The translations under genes were made by a program, and so were the position numbers. This document shows, piece after piece, positions 25,059 through 32,000 of a DNA stretch of 32,000 nt. The stretch comes from Pyrolobus fumarii 1A (lineage in GTDB: Archaea; Thermoproteota; Thermoprotei_A; Sulfolobales; Pyrodictiaceae), in contig NC_015931.1 of assembly GCF_000223395.1 (NCBI RefSeq), forward strand, positions 1,290,001 through 1,322,000, in the 5' to 3' direction. How positions within the stretch are numbered: the stretch's first letter is position 1; each line of letters begins with the position of its first letter. The notes under the pieces were generated by a model that was not told the origin of the DNA, did not search any database, and saw only the letters and a list, made by a program, of their open reading frames with translations.

Positions 25059-25465
25059 GGATATTCTTTAAAGAGATACGCGTGTCCACAAGTTCACGTT
25101 TCGAGATCATCGATATAACTGATCGTGTTGAGGAGGTTGTGCACAAGAGCGGTATTTGCAACGGCATGGTTCTAGTCTTTGCGCCACACGCGACAGCGGC
25201 TATCATAGCGAACGAGAATGAGCCCGGCCTCGTTGAAGACCTGCTTACTCTGATACGCGAGATCTTCCAGCCAGAACGGGCTTGGAGGCACAACAGGATA
25301 GACGATAACGCGCATGCGCATCTGGCCTCTGCTTTCATAGGCGCTTCTCGCGTTTTCCCCGTAAAAGACTGTAGGGTTGTACGTGGCACATGGCAGAACA
25401 TCATGCTTGTCGAGATGGACGGGCCACGCACAAGGCGCGTGATAGTAGAGGTCATGGGTGAGTAG
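25055..25465 (+). CDS. YjbQ/UPF0047-family protein (secondary thiamine-phosphate-synthase-type)
   Basis: MRIFFKEIRVSTSSRFEIIDITDRVEE...VLVFAPHATAAIIANENEPGL...RHNRIDDNAHAHLASAF matches the family's length and His-rich core. The track's longer 24920 start is an Arg-rich out-of-family extension. Confidence 0.85.
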   Translation: MRIFFKEIRVSTSSRFEIIDITDRVEEVVHKSGICNGMVLVFAPHATAAIIANENEPGLVEDLLTLIREIFQPERAWRHNRIDDNAHAHLASAFIGASRVFPVKDCRVVRGTWQNIMLVEMDGPRTRRVIVEVMGE

Positions 25466-25467
25466 GT

Positions 25468-26169
25468 TTGACCCATCCCCGTAGATTGGTAGAGCATGCT
25501 AAGGCTGACGGCAGACGTAAGCTACTCGAACACGAGGTTTACGAGCTACTCGGTTCTTATGGCCTCCCCATACCTAGGTACAAGCTCGCTAAGAGCGTAG
25601 ATGAGGCTGTAAAAGCTGCAGAAGAGATAGGCTATCCTGTTGTACTCAAGGTTGTTAGCCCAGACATTATCCACAAGAGTGACGTTGGTGGCGTGAAGCT
25701 GGGCCTACATTCACCTGAAGACGTCAAGAGAGCATTCAATGAGATTGTGGATAACGTCTCTAAGAGTGCTCCTGGCGCACGTATCGTTGGAGTGCTTGTA
25801 CAAGAGATGGTACCAGATGGTCTCGAGGTTCTTGTAGGCGGGGTGCGCGACGAGACGTTCGGGCCGGTTATAGCCTTTGGGCTTGGCGGAGTCTTCGTTG
25901 AAGTCTATCGGGATGTTTCTTTCCGGGTTGCACCGCTTGCAAGGGTAGACGCGCTTAGCATGATGAGGGAGGTTAGAGCGTGGAGGTTGTTAGAGGGTTA
26001 CAGGGGTCTACCTCCACGCGACATAGAGGCTATCGCGGACGTTATTATGAGGGTGTCGAGCCTCATGATGGATATACCGGAGATAAAGGAGCTCGACATA
26101 AATCCACTCATGGTGTACGAGGCTGGCCGCGGCGCTAAAATTGCAGATGCTCGTGTCATCCTAGGCTAG
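25468..26169 (+). CDS. acdB: ADP-forming acetyl-CoA synthetase, beta (ATP-grasp) subunit
   Basis: 233 aa with LLEHEVYELLGSYGLPIP, GYPVVLKVVSPDIIHKSDVGGVKLGL and ELDINPL motifs. Confidence 0.87.
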   Translation: MTHPRRLVEHAKADGRRKLLEHEVYELLGSYGLPIPRYKLAKSVDEAVKAAEEIGYPVVLKVVSPDIIHKSDVGGVKLGLHSPEDVKRAFNEIVDNVSKSAPGARIVGVLVQEMVPDGLEVLVGGVRDETFGPVIAFGLGGVFVEVYRDVSFRVAPLARVDALSMMREVRAWRLLEGYRGLPPRDIEAIADVIMRVSSLMMDIPEIKELDINPLMVYEAGRGAKIADARVILG

Positions 26170-26226
26170 TAGTGGTGATGCACCTTTACAGAGCATCCGC
26201 TGCACCGTCTATTCAACCCTCGTAGC

Positions 26227-27588
26227 GTGGCGGTTGTGGGAGCTTCACGCAACCCGAGGAAGGTCGGTCACATTATCCTCCGAAATATACTCGAGTATGG
26301 TTTCCGCGGCCGCGTCTACCCTGTAAACCCCCACGCTTCTACCATACTAGGTCTCCGTGCGTACCCGAGCCTAACCTCACTACCGGAGACTGTGGACGTC
26401 GCTGTAGTCGCGGTGCCAGCTGAAAAGGTACCTAGGGTTGTTCAAGATGCCGGTGAGGCTGGCATCCCGTTCCTAGTGATAGTATCGTCCGGGTTCCGCG
26501 AGGTAGGCCGACATGACCTCGAAGAAGAGGTTCTGAGGATAGCGAGAAAGTATGGAGTGAGGATAATCGGGCCCAACGTCGCAGGCATAGTCTATACACC
26601 TGCGCGTCTGAACGCCACCTTTGGCCCACGTGACGTCATCCCAGGCTCTATAGCCTTCATATCGCAGAGTGGCGCCTTTGCGATAGCACTCATGGGCGCG
26701 ACGATAAACGAGGGTATGGGGGTTTCGGCTATAGTGAGTGTAGGGAATAAGGTGGACATCGACGATGTAGATCTCCTAGAGTATTTCGAGACTGACAGCA
26801 ACACTAGCGTGGTTCTCATGTACGTGGAGGGGTTGAGAGACGGGAGGCGTTTTCTCAGGGTAGCTTCAAAAGTGTCGCTAAGAAAGCCAGTGATTATCAT
26901 AAAGGCTGGGAGGACGGAGGCTGGCGCCAAGGCCGCCGCTAGTCATACTGGGAGTCTCGCCGGCAGCTTCGACGTCTATAGGGCCGCGTTTCGACAATCT
27001 GGTGTCCTCCTAGCAACTAGCATGGAGGAGGCGTTTGACGCTGCAAAAGCATTTGCGTGGAACCCGCTACCCCGCGGCGACAGGGTCTTGGTGATAACTA
27101 ATGGTGGCGGTGCGGGGATACAAGCTGTCGACACGCTAGTAGAGCGCCGGATACGCGTCGAGGAGCCACCAACAGAGCTCCAGGATAGGATGAAGAGCTT
27201 CCTGCCAAACTTCGCCTCGACTAGGAACCCGATAGATTTGACTGGCATGGCGCACGCCGACTGGTTCTATAGGGCGATTAAAGAGGCCATGAGACACCCT
27301 TGGGTAGACGCTATAGTGGTGCTATACACCCAGACTGGATTATCAGGGCCTGTAGAGACTGCAAAAGCGATACTAGATGCCATACGCGAGGAGGGCCACG
27401 CGAAGCCAGTTACTGTGGGTCTGCTTGGCGGCCCGGAGTGCATACGTGCAGCTAGACTACTGACGAAGGAGAGGGTAGCCGCATACCCGACCCCCGAGAG
27501 AGCCGCAAATGCCATGTCCTTCCTGGTAGAATACGTGAGGCTCCGTGACTATGTAAAAGAGCGGCTATCGGAGTTGCAATACGCTTAA
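26227..27588 (+). CDS. acdA: ADP-forming acetyl-CoA synthetase, alpha subunit (5' end uncertain, see findings)
   Basis: It has the CoA-binding N-terminus (S)VAVVGASRNPRKVG, the FISQSGAF motif and the phosphohistidine loop AASHTGSLAG. Conserved upstream residues (HPLHRLFNPRS) are in frame but precede any ATG/GTG/TTG. Confidence 0.9.
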   Translation: MAVVGASRNPRKVGHIILRNILEYGFRGRVYPVNPHASTILGLRAYPSLTSLPETVDVAVVAVPAEKVPRVVQDAGEAGIPFLVIVSSGFREVGRHDLEEEVLRIARKYGVRIIGPNVAGIVYTPARLNATFGPRDVIPGSIAFISQSGAFAIALMGATINEGMGVSAIVSVGNKVDIDDVDLLEYFETDSNTSVVLMYVEGLRDGRRFLRVASKVSLRKPVIIIKAGRTEAGAKAAASHTGSLAGSFDVYRAAFRQSGVLLATSMEEAFDAAKAFAWNPLPRGDRVLVITNGGGAGIQAVDTLVERRIRVEEPPTELQDRMKSFLPNFASTRNPIDLTGMAHADWFYRAIKEAMRHPWVDAIVVLYTQTGLSGPVETAKAILDAIREEGHAKPVTVGLLGGPECIRAARLLTKERVAAYPTPERAANAMSFLVEYVRLRDYVKERLSELQYA

Positions 27589-28019
27589 GCAGTTGTTTCG
27601 CTAGTCCGTCTTCCTACCATTACGCCTACGCGCCTTACCGGGCACGTCTTCCAGTGTTGCTCACACGTTTCAACCTCGCTTCGCGTCAACAACCGCTCCA
27701 GCACCGTACAGTACGCCAGGTAGCCACCACTGTACTCGTACACTTTCATGAATGGGCATTCATTGTTAGGACGGTAGTCGAGGAGGTGTATCGGCGGATA
27801 TGGCTTCAATTTCTTCTCCAAACCGCTTTTCGCGAAACTTGTTATAGCTGGTGTTCCACCCGCCCCTGCCTCCTCGCCACTCTCTTGTTCTACGAAGAAG
27901 CTACATGACTTGTACTGTTCCGGTCCCCCCATACACCTATCTGCATGTACAACAGCTGATGTCGGACGTGCTAACTTAGGCGAAGCACACATACCATTCT
28001 TGTACCAGGGGCATACCAA
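27585..28019 (-). CDS. cysteine-rich protein (8 Cys, three Cys-Pro motifs), function unknown
   Basis: 144 aa made of two similar halves. The first is CPWYKNGMC...C-x10-C and the second is CPFMKVYEYSGGYLAYC...C-x6-CP. Its stop overlaps the acdA stop (TTAA). Confidence 0.6.
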   Translation of the reverse strand: MVCPWYKNGMCASPKLARPTSAVVHADRCMGGPEQYKSCSFFVEQESGEEAGAGGTPAITSFAKSGLEKKLKPYPPIHLLDYRPNNECPFMKVYEYSGGYLAYCTVLERLLTRSEVETCEQHWKTCPVRRVGVMVGRRTSETTA

Positions 28020-28121
28020 GACTCTACGACCAGATTATTCCGACCCCCGAGAAAGCGGGTTTAGTGGTAAACGTCGCACCGCCAACCGATAAGGGATATA
28101 CCAAAACCGCTTGTATAGGCT

Positions 28122-28898
28122 TTAAGCTTGGCCGCAGAGGAGGCGGCGAGCCTCCTCTAGCACCCTGTTACGCTCCTCTAGTTCCTTCTTAACCTTCTCT
28201 AGCTCCTCTTCAAGCTTCTTCACTTTCTCGGCCGCCGCGCCGCCGCCCTCCTCGCACTCACGTAGCCTCCTTCTCAACTCCTCATTCTCCTTCTCAAGCT
28301 CTTCGATCATGCTCTGAACTTCACTTATGCGCTTCTGGACCTCCTCTGGAGGCATACACTCTTCTAGCTGCTTTTTGAGCCTCTTGTTCTCCTCTTCTAG
28401 CGCCTCTATCCTCGCCTCAAGCTCCTTTATCTTCTCGTGCAGCTCCCTGAGCCTCTCCCTAGCAGCCTTAAGCTCTTCATACTCCTCGGCGGTCAGGTGT
28501 ACACCCGCGAATGGCACGACTAGCTTAAGTTCTCCCTTTGCTAGCTTCTCGTACGTCTCTAACACCAGTTTACCAGCCTTGGTTTTACCATGGAGATGCG
28601 CGCGTATCATAGTCTCGCTGCGGCCAAGCTCCTCGGCAATCTCTCGTATCGAGTATCCGGCCTTGTACCTGGCTAGGGCTGCAGCTGCAACCGCCAGGCT
28701 GTCAACCCAGGTTGCACGCTCCATGGGATCGCGTATCAGCTCGATGACCTCTGGACGGTATAGCGTACCAATTATGAGCGCCATCTCGAGCTGCTGAATC
28801 TCCTTCTTTGACGTGGGCCTTAGGGGCACATTAGATAAGTCTATCTCGAGCTGCTCTATCCGCGCTTTGCCTCTCTCAGGGGCCTCAGTCTCAGACAT
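28122..28898 (-). CDS. HTH DNA-binding protein with a long C-terminal coiled coil
   Basis: 258 aa. It has the HTH-like segment YKAGYSIREIAEELGRSETMIRAHLHG, followed by about 130 aa of heptad-type E/K/L/R repeats (ELKAARERLRELHEKIKELEARIEALEEENKRLKKQLEE...). Confidence 0.7.
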   Translation of the reverse strand: MSETEAPERGKARIEQLEIDLSNVPLRPTSKKEIQQLEMALIIGTLYRPEVIELIRDPMERATWVDSLAVAAAALARYKAGYSIREIAEELGRSETMIRAHLHGKTKAGKLVLETYEKLAKGELKLVVPFAGVHLTAEEYEELKAARERLRELHEKIKELEARIEALEEENKRLKKQLEECMPPEEVQKRISEVQSMIEELEKENEELRRRLRECEEGGGAAAEKVKKLEEELEKVKKELEERNRVLEEARRLLCGQA

Positions 28899-28980
28899 AC
28901 TACTCCCCTATCTTACAACACGTAGAAGCAGGATATACATGTATGCGCCATGCACAGCATACAGCCGCCATGTACCCATC

Positions 28981-29349
28981 TCACTGGACGTTACAGCATG
29001 GCGGGTTCGAACAGCAGGGGTCTAGACCAGCGCTGCACCGCTCCTTAATCCACTCCTTTATCATCGCGTCTATCCTCTCATCAACCATGGATAACGCTGT
29101 TACCACGTAGTACACTGCGTTGCAGTACCCTTCGCTCCTCAGTATTCTCGCTATGGGCGCGACGACACCTTTTATGAGAAATAGCCACTGGTACCACTCT
29201 GGCATACTGAACAACTCTTGAAGCGAGCTTATCTTATACCGAGATGAAGCCTCGTCGACAACAACAAGCACCTTGGCAGCCACACTAGATGGCACTTTGG
29301 CTGCCCGCATTGCAGCACTTAGCGCCTCTTGAAGCTTGCGTAGGCTCAT
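28981..29349 (-). CDS. hypothetical protein with a Cys-rich C-terminal tail
   Basis: 122 aa with an ATG start. The tail CSAGLDPCCSNPPCCNVQ carries 5 Cys in the last 18 residues. TATA-like elements lie upstream in the divergent region. Confidence 0.55.
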   Translation of the reverse strand: MSLRKLQEALSAAMRAAKVPSSVAAKVLVVVDEASSRYKISSLQELFSMPEWYQWLFLIKGVVAPIARILRSEGYCNAVYYVVTALSMVDERIDAMIKEWIKERCSAGLDPCCSNPPCCNVQ

Positions 29350-29490
29350 GGTTCCCCCAGCTATTGCGACCCTAAGCTCCTTTTAAGTCCGAGACATGCT
29401 ACTCGTCTGGATTAGTATATACATCCCACTTTGGTGGAACATGTACCCACAAGTATCCCACGAGCAACGAATGACCACAGCTAGACAACC

Positions 29491-29498
29491 AATATATA
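29491..29498 (+). promoter_or_regulatory. TATA box AATATATA for the 359-aa membrane-protein gene (near-leaderless arrangement)
   Basis: The box lies about 30 nt upstream of the ATG at 29527. A related box, TAGTATATAC at about 29413-29422, faces the divergent minus-strand gene. Confidence 0.45.
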
Positions 29499-29526
29499 CT
29501 CTGAGTGTGGCCCGCTTTGCCAGGCG

Positions 29527-30606
29527 ATGGCAATACGCCTTGGCGCACTCATCCTGCTATCTACAATGGCTTACCTGGACTTCAGTCTCGTCATCCTACG
29601 GCTGAGAGGCACTCTAGACTTCGCGCACCCGGTAGTCCTGCTCCTAACGGGCCTGTTCTTTGTTAGCGGGCCGGGCTCGTGGCTAGCCGCGTTGAACGTG
29701 AAGAGTAGGACGGGTAGGGCTGTTTGCCTAATCCTCGGGTTTGGGCTTGTAGCCGCCCTCTACGCGGCCACACTAACCACCATGGTTGAGGAGAAGCTCG
29801 GAATGCAGCCTAGCACGCTGCTTATACTCACCCTCCCGGGAGGCATCAGCATCGCACTCATAGGCTTGTTGGAGCTAGCCACTAGACCCGACGTGAAACC
29901 CCGACTTGAGGCTCTCTATGCTAGAGTCTCAGCGGGCCTGCCGCCCTACGCTCTTCTCACACTAGCGTCCATCGTCGCTCTCTACAGCTTTGTTGTAAGC
30001 GACCTACCCGGGCTTGTAACCGGGCTTACGGTATACACGTTATCGCTGTACATGTACGCCAGGTGCTCAAAAGCAGAAAGGACGCTGCTGCACATCCTCA
30101 CTCTAGCACCGATGGCAGCCCTTCTTTACATTATCATGTCGTCTGTTGGCGCCAGCCTCTGGAGGACTACCACAGCCGAACTGATGCTACTCGGCGTATA
30201 CATTGCGTCAATGGCTTGTGGGGCTTGCAGATCGACGAAGAGCGACGAGTGTAGCCTCATACCTCTCCTCGGGGCAGCCATCGCAGTGATGGTTGGCAGT
30301 AGCACGGCGCTCTTGAATGTCCCGCTAACAAGACTCTTGGACAACCTCGCAATTTACATTACAGTTGGTGTCATAGGATGGTCTGTGAACACCTCGTTCC
30401 TCCTGCTAGGTAGTAGAGCGTCTAAACTCGTCGAGACGATAGCACTTGCGCCCGAGACTAGGATGGCCGCTGGCCTTGCACTGTTGAGCGTTGGGCTGGA
30501 GACAGCCGGACTGGCCCATTCGCATCTGACCCTTGCCCTGGTTGCAGGCGGGGCTGTCGCCGCGCTCCTCAACACTGCACTGAGAGGACAGGAGGCTGAA
30601 GTTTAG
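29527..30606 (+). CDS. polytopic integral membrane protein, function unknown
   Basis: 359 aa with about 10 hydrophobic segments. No motif recognised. Confidence 0.7.
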   Translation: MAIRLGALILLSTMAYLDFSLVILRLRGTLDFAHPVVLLLTGLFFVSGPGSWLAALNVKSRTGRAVCLILGFGLVAALYAATLTTMVEEKLGMQPSTLLILTLPGGISIALIGLLELATRPDVKPRLEALYARVSAGLPPYALLTLASIVALYSFVVSDLPGLVTGLTVYTLSLYMYARCSKAERTLLHILTLAPMAALLYIIMSSVGASLWRTTTAELMLLGVYIASMACGACRSTKSDECSLIPLLGAAIAVMVGSSTALLNVPLTRLLDNLAIYITVGVIGWSVNTSFLLLGSRASKLVETIALAPETRMAAGLALLSVGLETAGLAHSHLTLALVAGGAVAALLNTALRGQEAEV

Positions 30607-30619
30607 AACTGTGTAGGGA

Positions 30620-30655
30620 AGAGGCCTAGCTGGGGGATGAGTGGAATAGGCCTCT
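30620..30655. terminator. 9-bp perfect stem-loop AGAGGCCTA / TAGGCCTCT between convergent genes
   Basis: agaggccta at 30620-30628 and taggcctct at 30647-30655, with an 18-nt loop. It lies 14 nt after the membrane-protein stop and 24 nt after the S8e stop. Confidence 0.4.
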
Positions 30656-30678
30656 GCTGAGAAACCGATGAGGACGCT

Positions 30679-31107
30679 TTAGGCCGACGACCCCGCAGCT
30701 CTAGCCCTAGCCTTCTCACTCTTCTCTATGAGTATGGCGTTGATTACGCCGTCCTGGCCTGGTCTCGAGGTCACCCTAGCCTTGCCAAGCTCGGTCTCTA
30801 TGATCGCACCCTTGGTTATGATTCCACGGCGAGCATAGTGCGGGTTTGACGGTGTCTCGATGACGCGTAGTATCCTAACCTTCTGAGCCTTCTTGGTCTC
30901 CGGGTCAATGACGTTCGCGTAGGCTGCAACCTTCAGCCTTATCTTGTAGTTACCGCCGCGGACACGGATATGCCTCCTAACGTCACGGTCGCCTAGGCGC
31001 GTCTCGGTCGGGAACCTACCCATCCAGTACTTCCTCTTCACTTTCCGGTGAGGCCTCTTACGACCACCACTTGGCTTCTTGAGGTCGTTGCCCTGGTATA
31101 CGCCCAT
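30679..31107 (-). CDS. rps8e: 30S ribosomal protein S8e
   Basis: 142 aa. [39 protein letters not shown]... is the characteristic S8e N-terminus. Confidence 0.93.
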   Translation of the reverse strand: MGVYQGNDLKKPSGGRKRPHRKVKRKYWMGRFPTETRLGDRDVRRHIRVRGGNYKIRLKVAAYANVIDPETKKAQKVRILRVIETPSNPHYARRGIITKGAIIETELGKARVTSRPGQDGVINAILIEKSEKARARAAGSSA

Positions 31108-31147
31108 CTAGGCCACCCGCGAGAAACGCGGTCGCTTAACCTCCCTT

Positions 31148-31681
31148 TTAGCCTCCACGGGGGTATAGGCCCGGCTCCAGCAATGGAATCAGCGCCATCA
31201 CTACCGCATAGTATGTCAATTCCAGCCTGGTTACAACGCCGCGCGTGAGATACCCGATGATGCCCAGCACCCTACCTATATCACTGCGTTTGAGTTCACC
31301 CGATGCCACATGCCCTAGCGGCTCGCCACGAGCAAGTCTGGGTATCCATACACGCGGGGGCTCAAAGGCAGGGCTGAACCCAACACCAACGACGCCACTC
31401 CTATCAACGATAACCGCTATCTGCACATCAACCCAGCCTGTCGGCGTGGGGGCCTCCACGAGACCAGCTTCTATACCAACACCATAGTCAGCCTTTGTCT
31501 TCTCTAAAGCACGCGTTGCACGGTTAAACGCACCCTTGTATGTCTCTTCGATACCTCGAGGCTGACTGGATACACCCGAGTCTACCTCCACTGGGATTAT
31601 TTCAGCCTCACCAATCAGCCTCCAGGCTCTCTTAACAGCCTCCACCTTCACGGGGTTAGTGGAGCCCACTGCTACCCTCAT
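31148..31681 (-). CDS. YjjX-family (DUF84) non-canonical purine NTP phosphatase
   Basis: From the ATG at 31681 it reads MRVAVGSTNPVKVEAVKRA...VDSGVSSQPRG...GVGIEAGLVE, which matches the family's start and length (178 aa). The track's 238-aa version adds an unrelated upstream extension. Confidence 0.85.
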   Translation of the reverse strand: MRVAVGSTNPVKVEAVKRAWRLIGEAEIIPVEVDSGVSSQPRGIEETYKGAFNRATRALEKTKADYGVGIEAGLVEAPTPTGWVDVQIAVIVDRSGVVGVGFSPAFEPPRVWIPRLARGEPLGHVASGELKRSDIGRVLGIIGYLTRGVVTRLELTYYAVVMALIPLLEPGLYPRGG

Positions 31682-32000
31682 GCCACGCCGCCCGGGAGCA
31701 ACCGGTGACGATATAGGTATAGCTTGTGTTAGTCGCTCATCACGGACGGTTGTAGACGGTGCAAGTATATGCTGGTGAGCAAGTGTCCTGAGCCGGTGCA
31801 ACTCACGCATAACGTCACGCTGGGCGACGCGTGCGGCCCTGTTGCAAGACGCGCAGCTGTACACGATAAGGTGCTTATAGTAGGCGAGGAGTATGAGGCT
31901 GAGCCCCGCGCCGAGCTATACCGTAGGCTTGGTGTTGATGTTGTAGTCTACCCGCTCGGCGCGGGTAAAGCACCAACTCTAGTTAGTCTTCTCCGGCTAT

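Noticed and set aside
30634-30690. Possible box C/D sRNA (GGAUGA ... CUGA ... CGAUGA ... CCGA)
   Set aside because: Three of the four boxes carry mismatches. The first spacer is 16 nt rather than about 12. The putative D box lies inside the S8e coding 3' end. The 9-bp hairpin explains the local symmetry better.
31682-31864. 61-codon upstream extension of the YjjX NTPase ORF
   Set aside because: Family members begin at M-x-V-A-V-G-S-x-N-P-x-K (ATG 31681). The extension has no family counterpart, and open frames of this length are common by chance in GC-rich DNA. A long 5' UTR or small leader peptide cannot be excluded.

Overview
This window looks like chromosomal DNA from a hyperthermophilic crenarchaeon. 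That is an inference from several features: an intron-containing tRNA with a bulge-helix-bulge splice motif, ribosomal protein S8e, a TIP49/RuvB-like ATPase, ADP-forming acetyl-CoA synthetase, heavy AGG/AGA/ATA codon use, GTGA/ATGA overlapping gene junctions and BRE/TATA-type promoters. The hypA/hypC pair hints at an H2-metabolising Desulfurococcales/Pyrodictiaceae-like organism, but I cannot verify the taxon. All protein identities come from motifs I recognise in the supplied translations; no database search was run. Most of the window is tightly packed housekeeping. It holds a tetrapyrrole operon (hemB'-hemL-hemC-SUMT-hemD plus one coupled unknown ORF), purQ-purL-purF, pcp, a lone trpC-like gene, hypC-hypA, pyrH, a LysO-family exporter and tRNA-Trp(CCA) with a 66-nt intron. 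It also holds vapBC, an aldo/keto reductase, TIP49, a YrdC/Sua5-type protein, a NifX-like protein, YjbQ, acdB-acdA, S8e and a YjjX-type NTPase. I see no CRISPR array, no rRNA and no recognisable transposase or integrase. Six points are most worth a second look. (1) hypA seems to require CTG initiation to keep its conserved Met-His-Glu N-terminus, and a perfect Shine-Dalgarno sits 7 nt upstream. (2) A textbook-geometry box C/D sRNA lies in the 101-nt gap between the ATPase gene and hypA. (3) A visibly A/T-richer, gene-poor tract lies directly 3' of tRNA-Trp and contains only vapBC. (4) An uncharacterised module on the minus strand (Cys-tailed protein, HTH/coiled-coil protein, 8-Cys protein) faces a polytopic membrane protein. 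(5) An orphan archaeal-ATPase-type NTPase has a perfect 18-bp palindrome on its promoter. (6) The conserved N-terminus of acdA is encoded upstream of any canonical start codon. I cannot show that any of these is a new multi-gene system; the Cys-rich/HTH cluster is the best candidate for uncharacterised biology.
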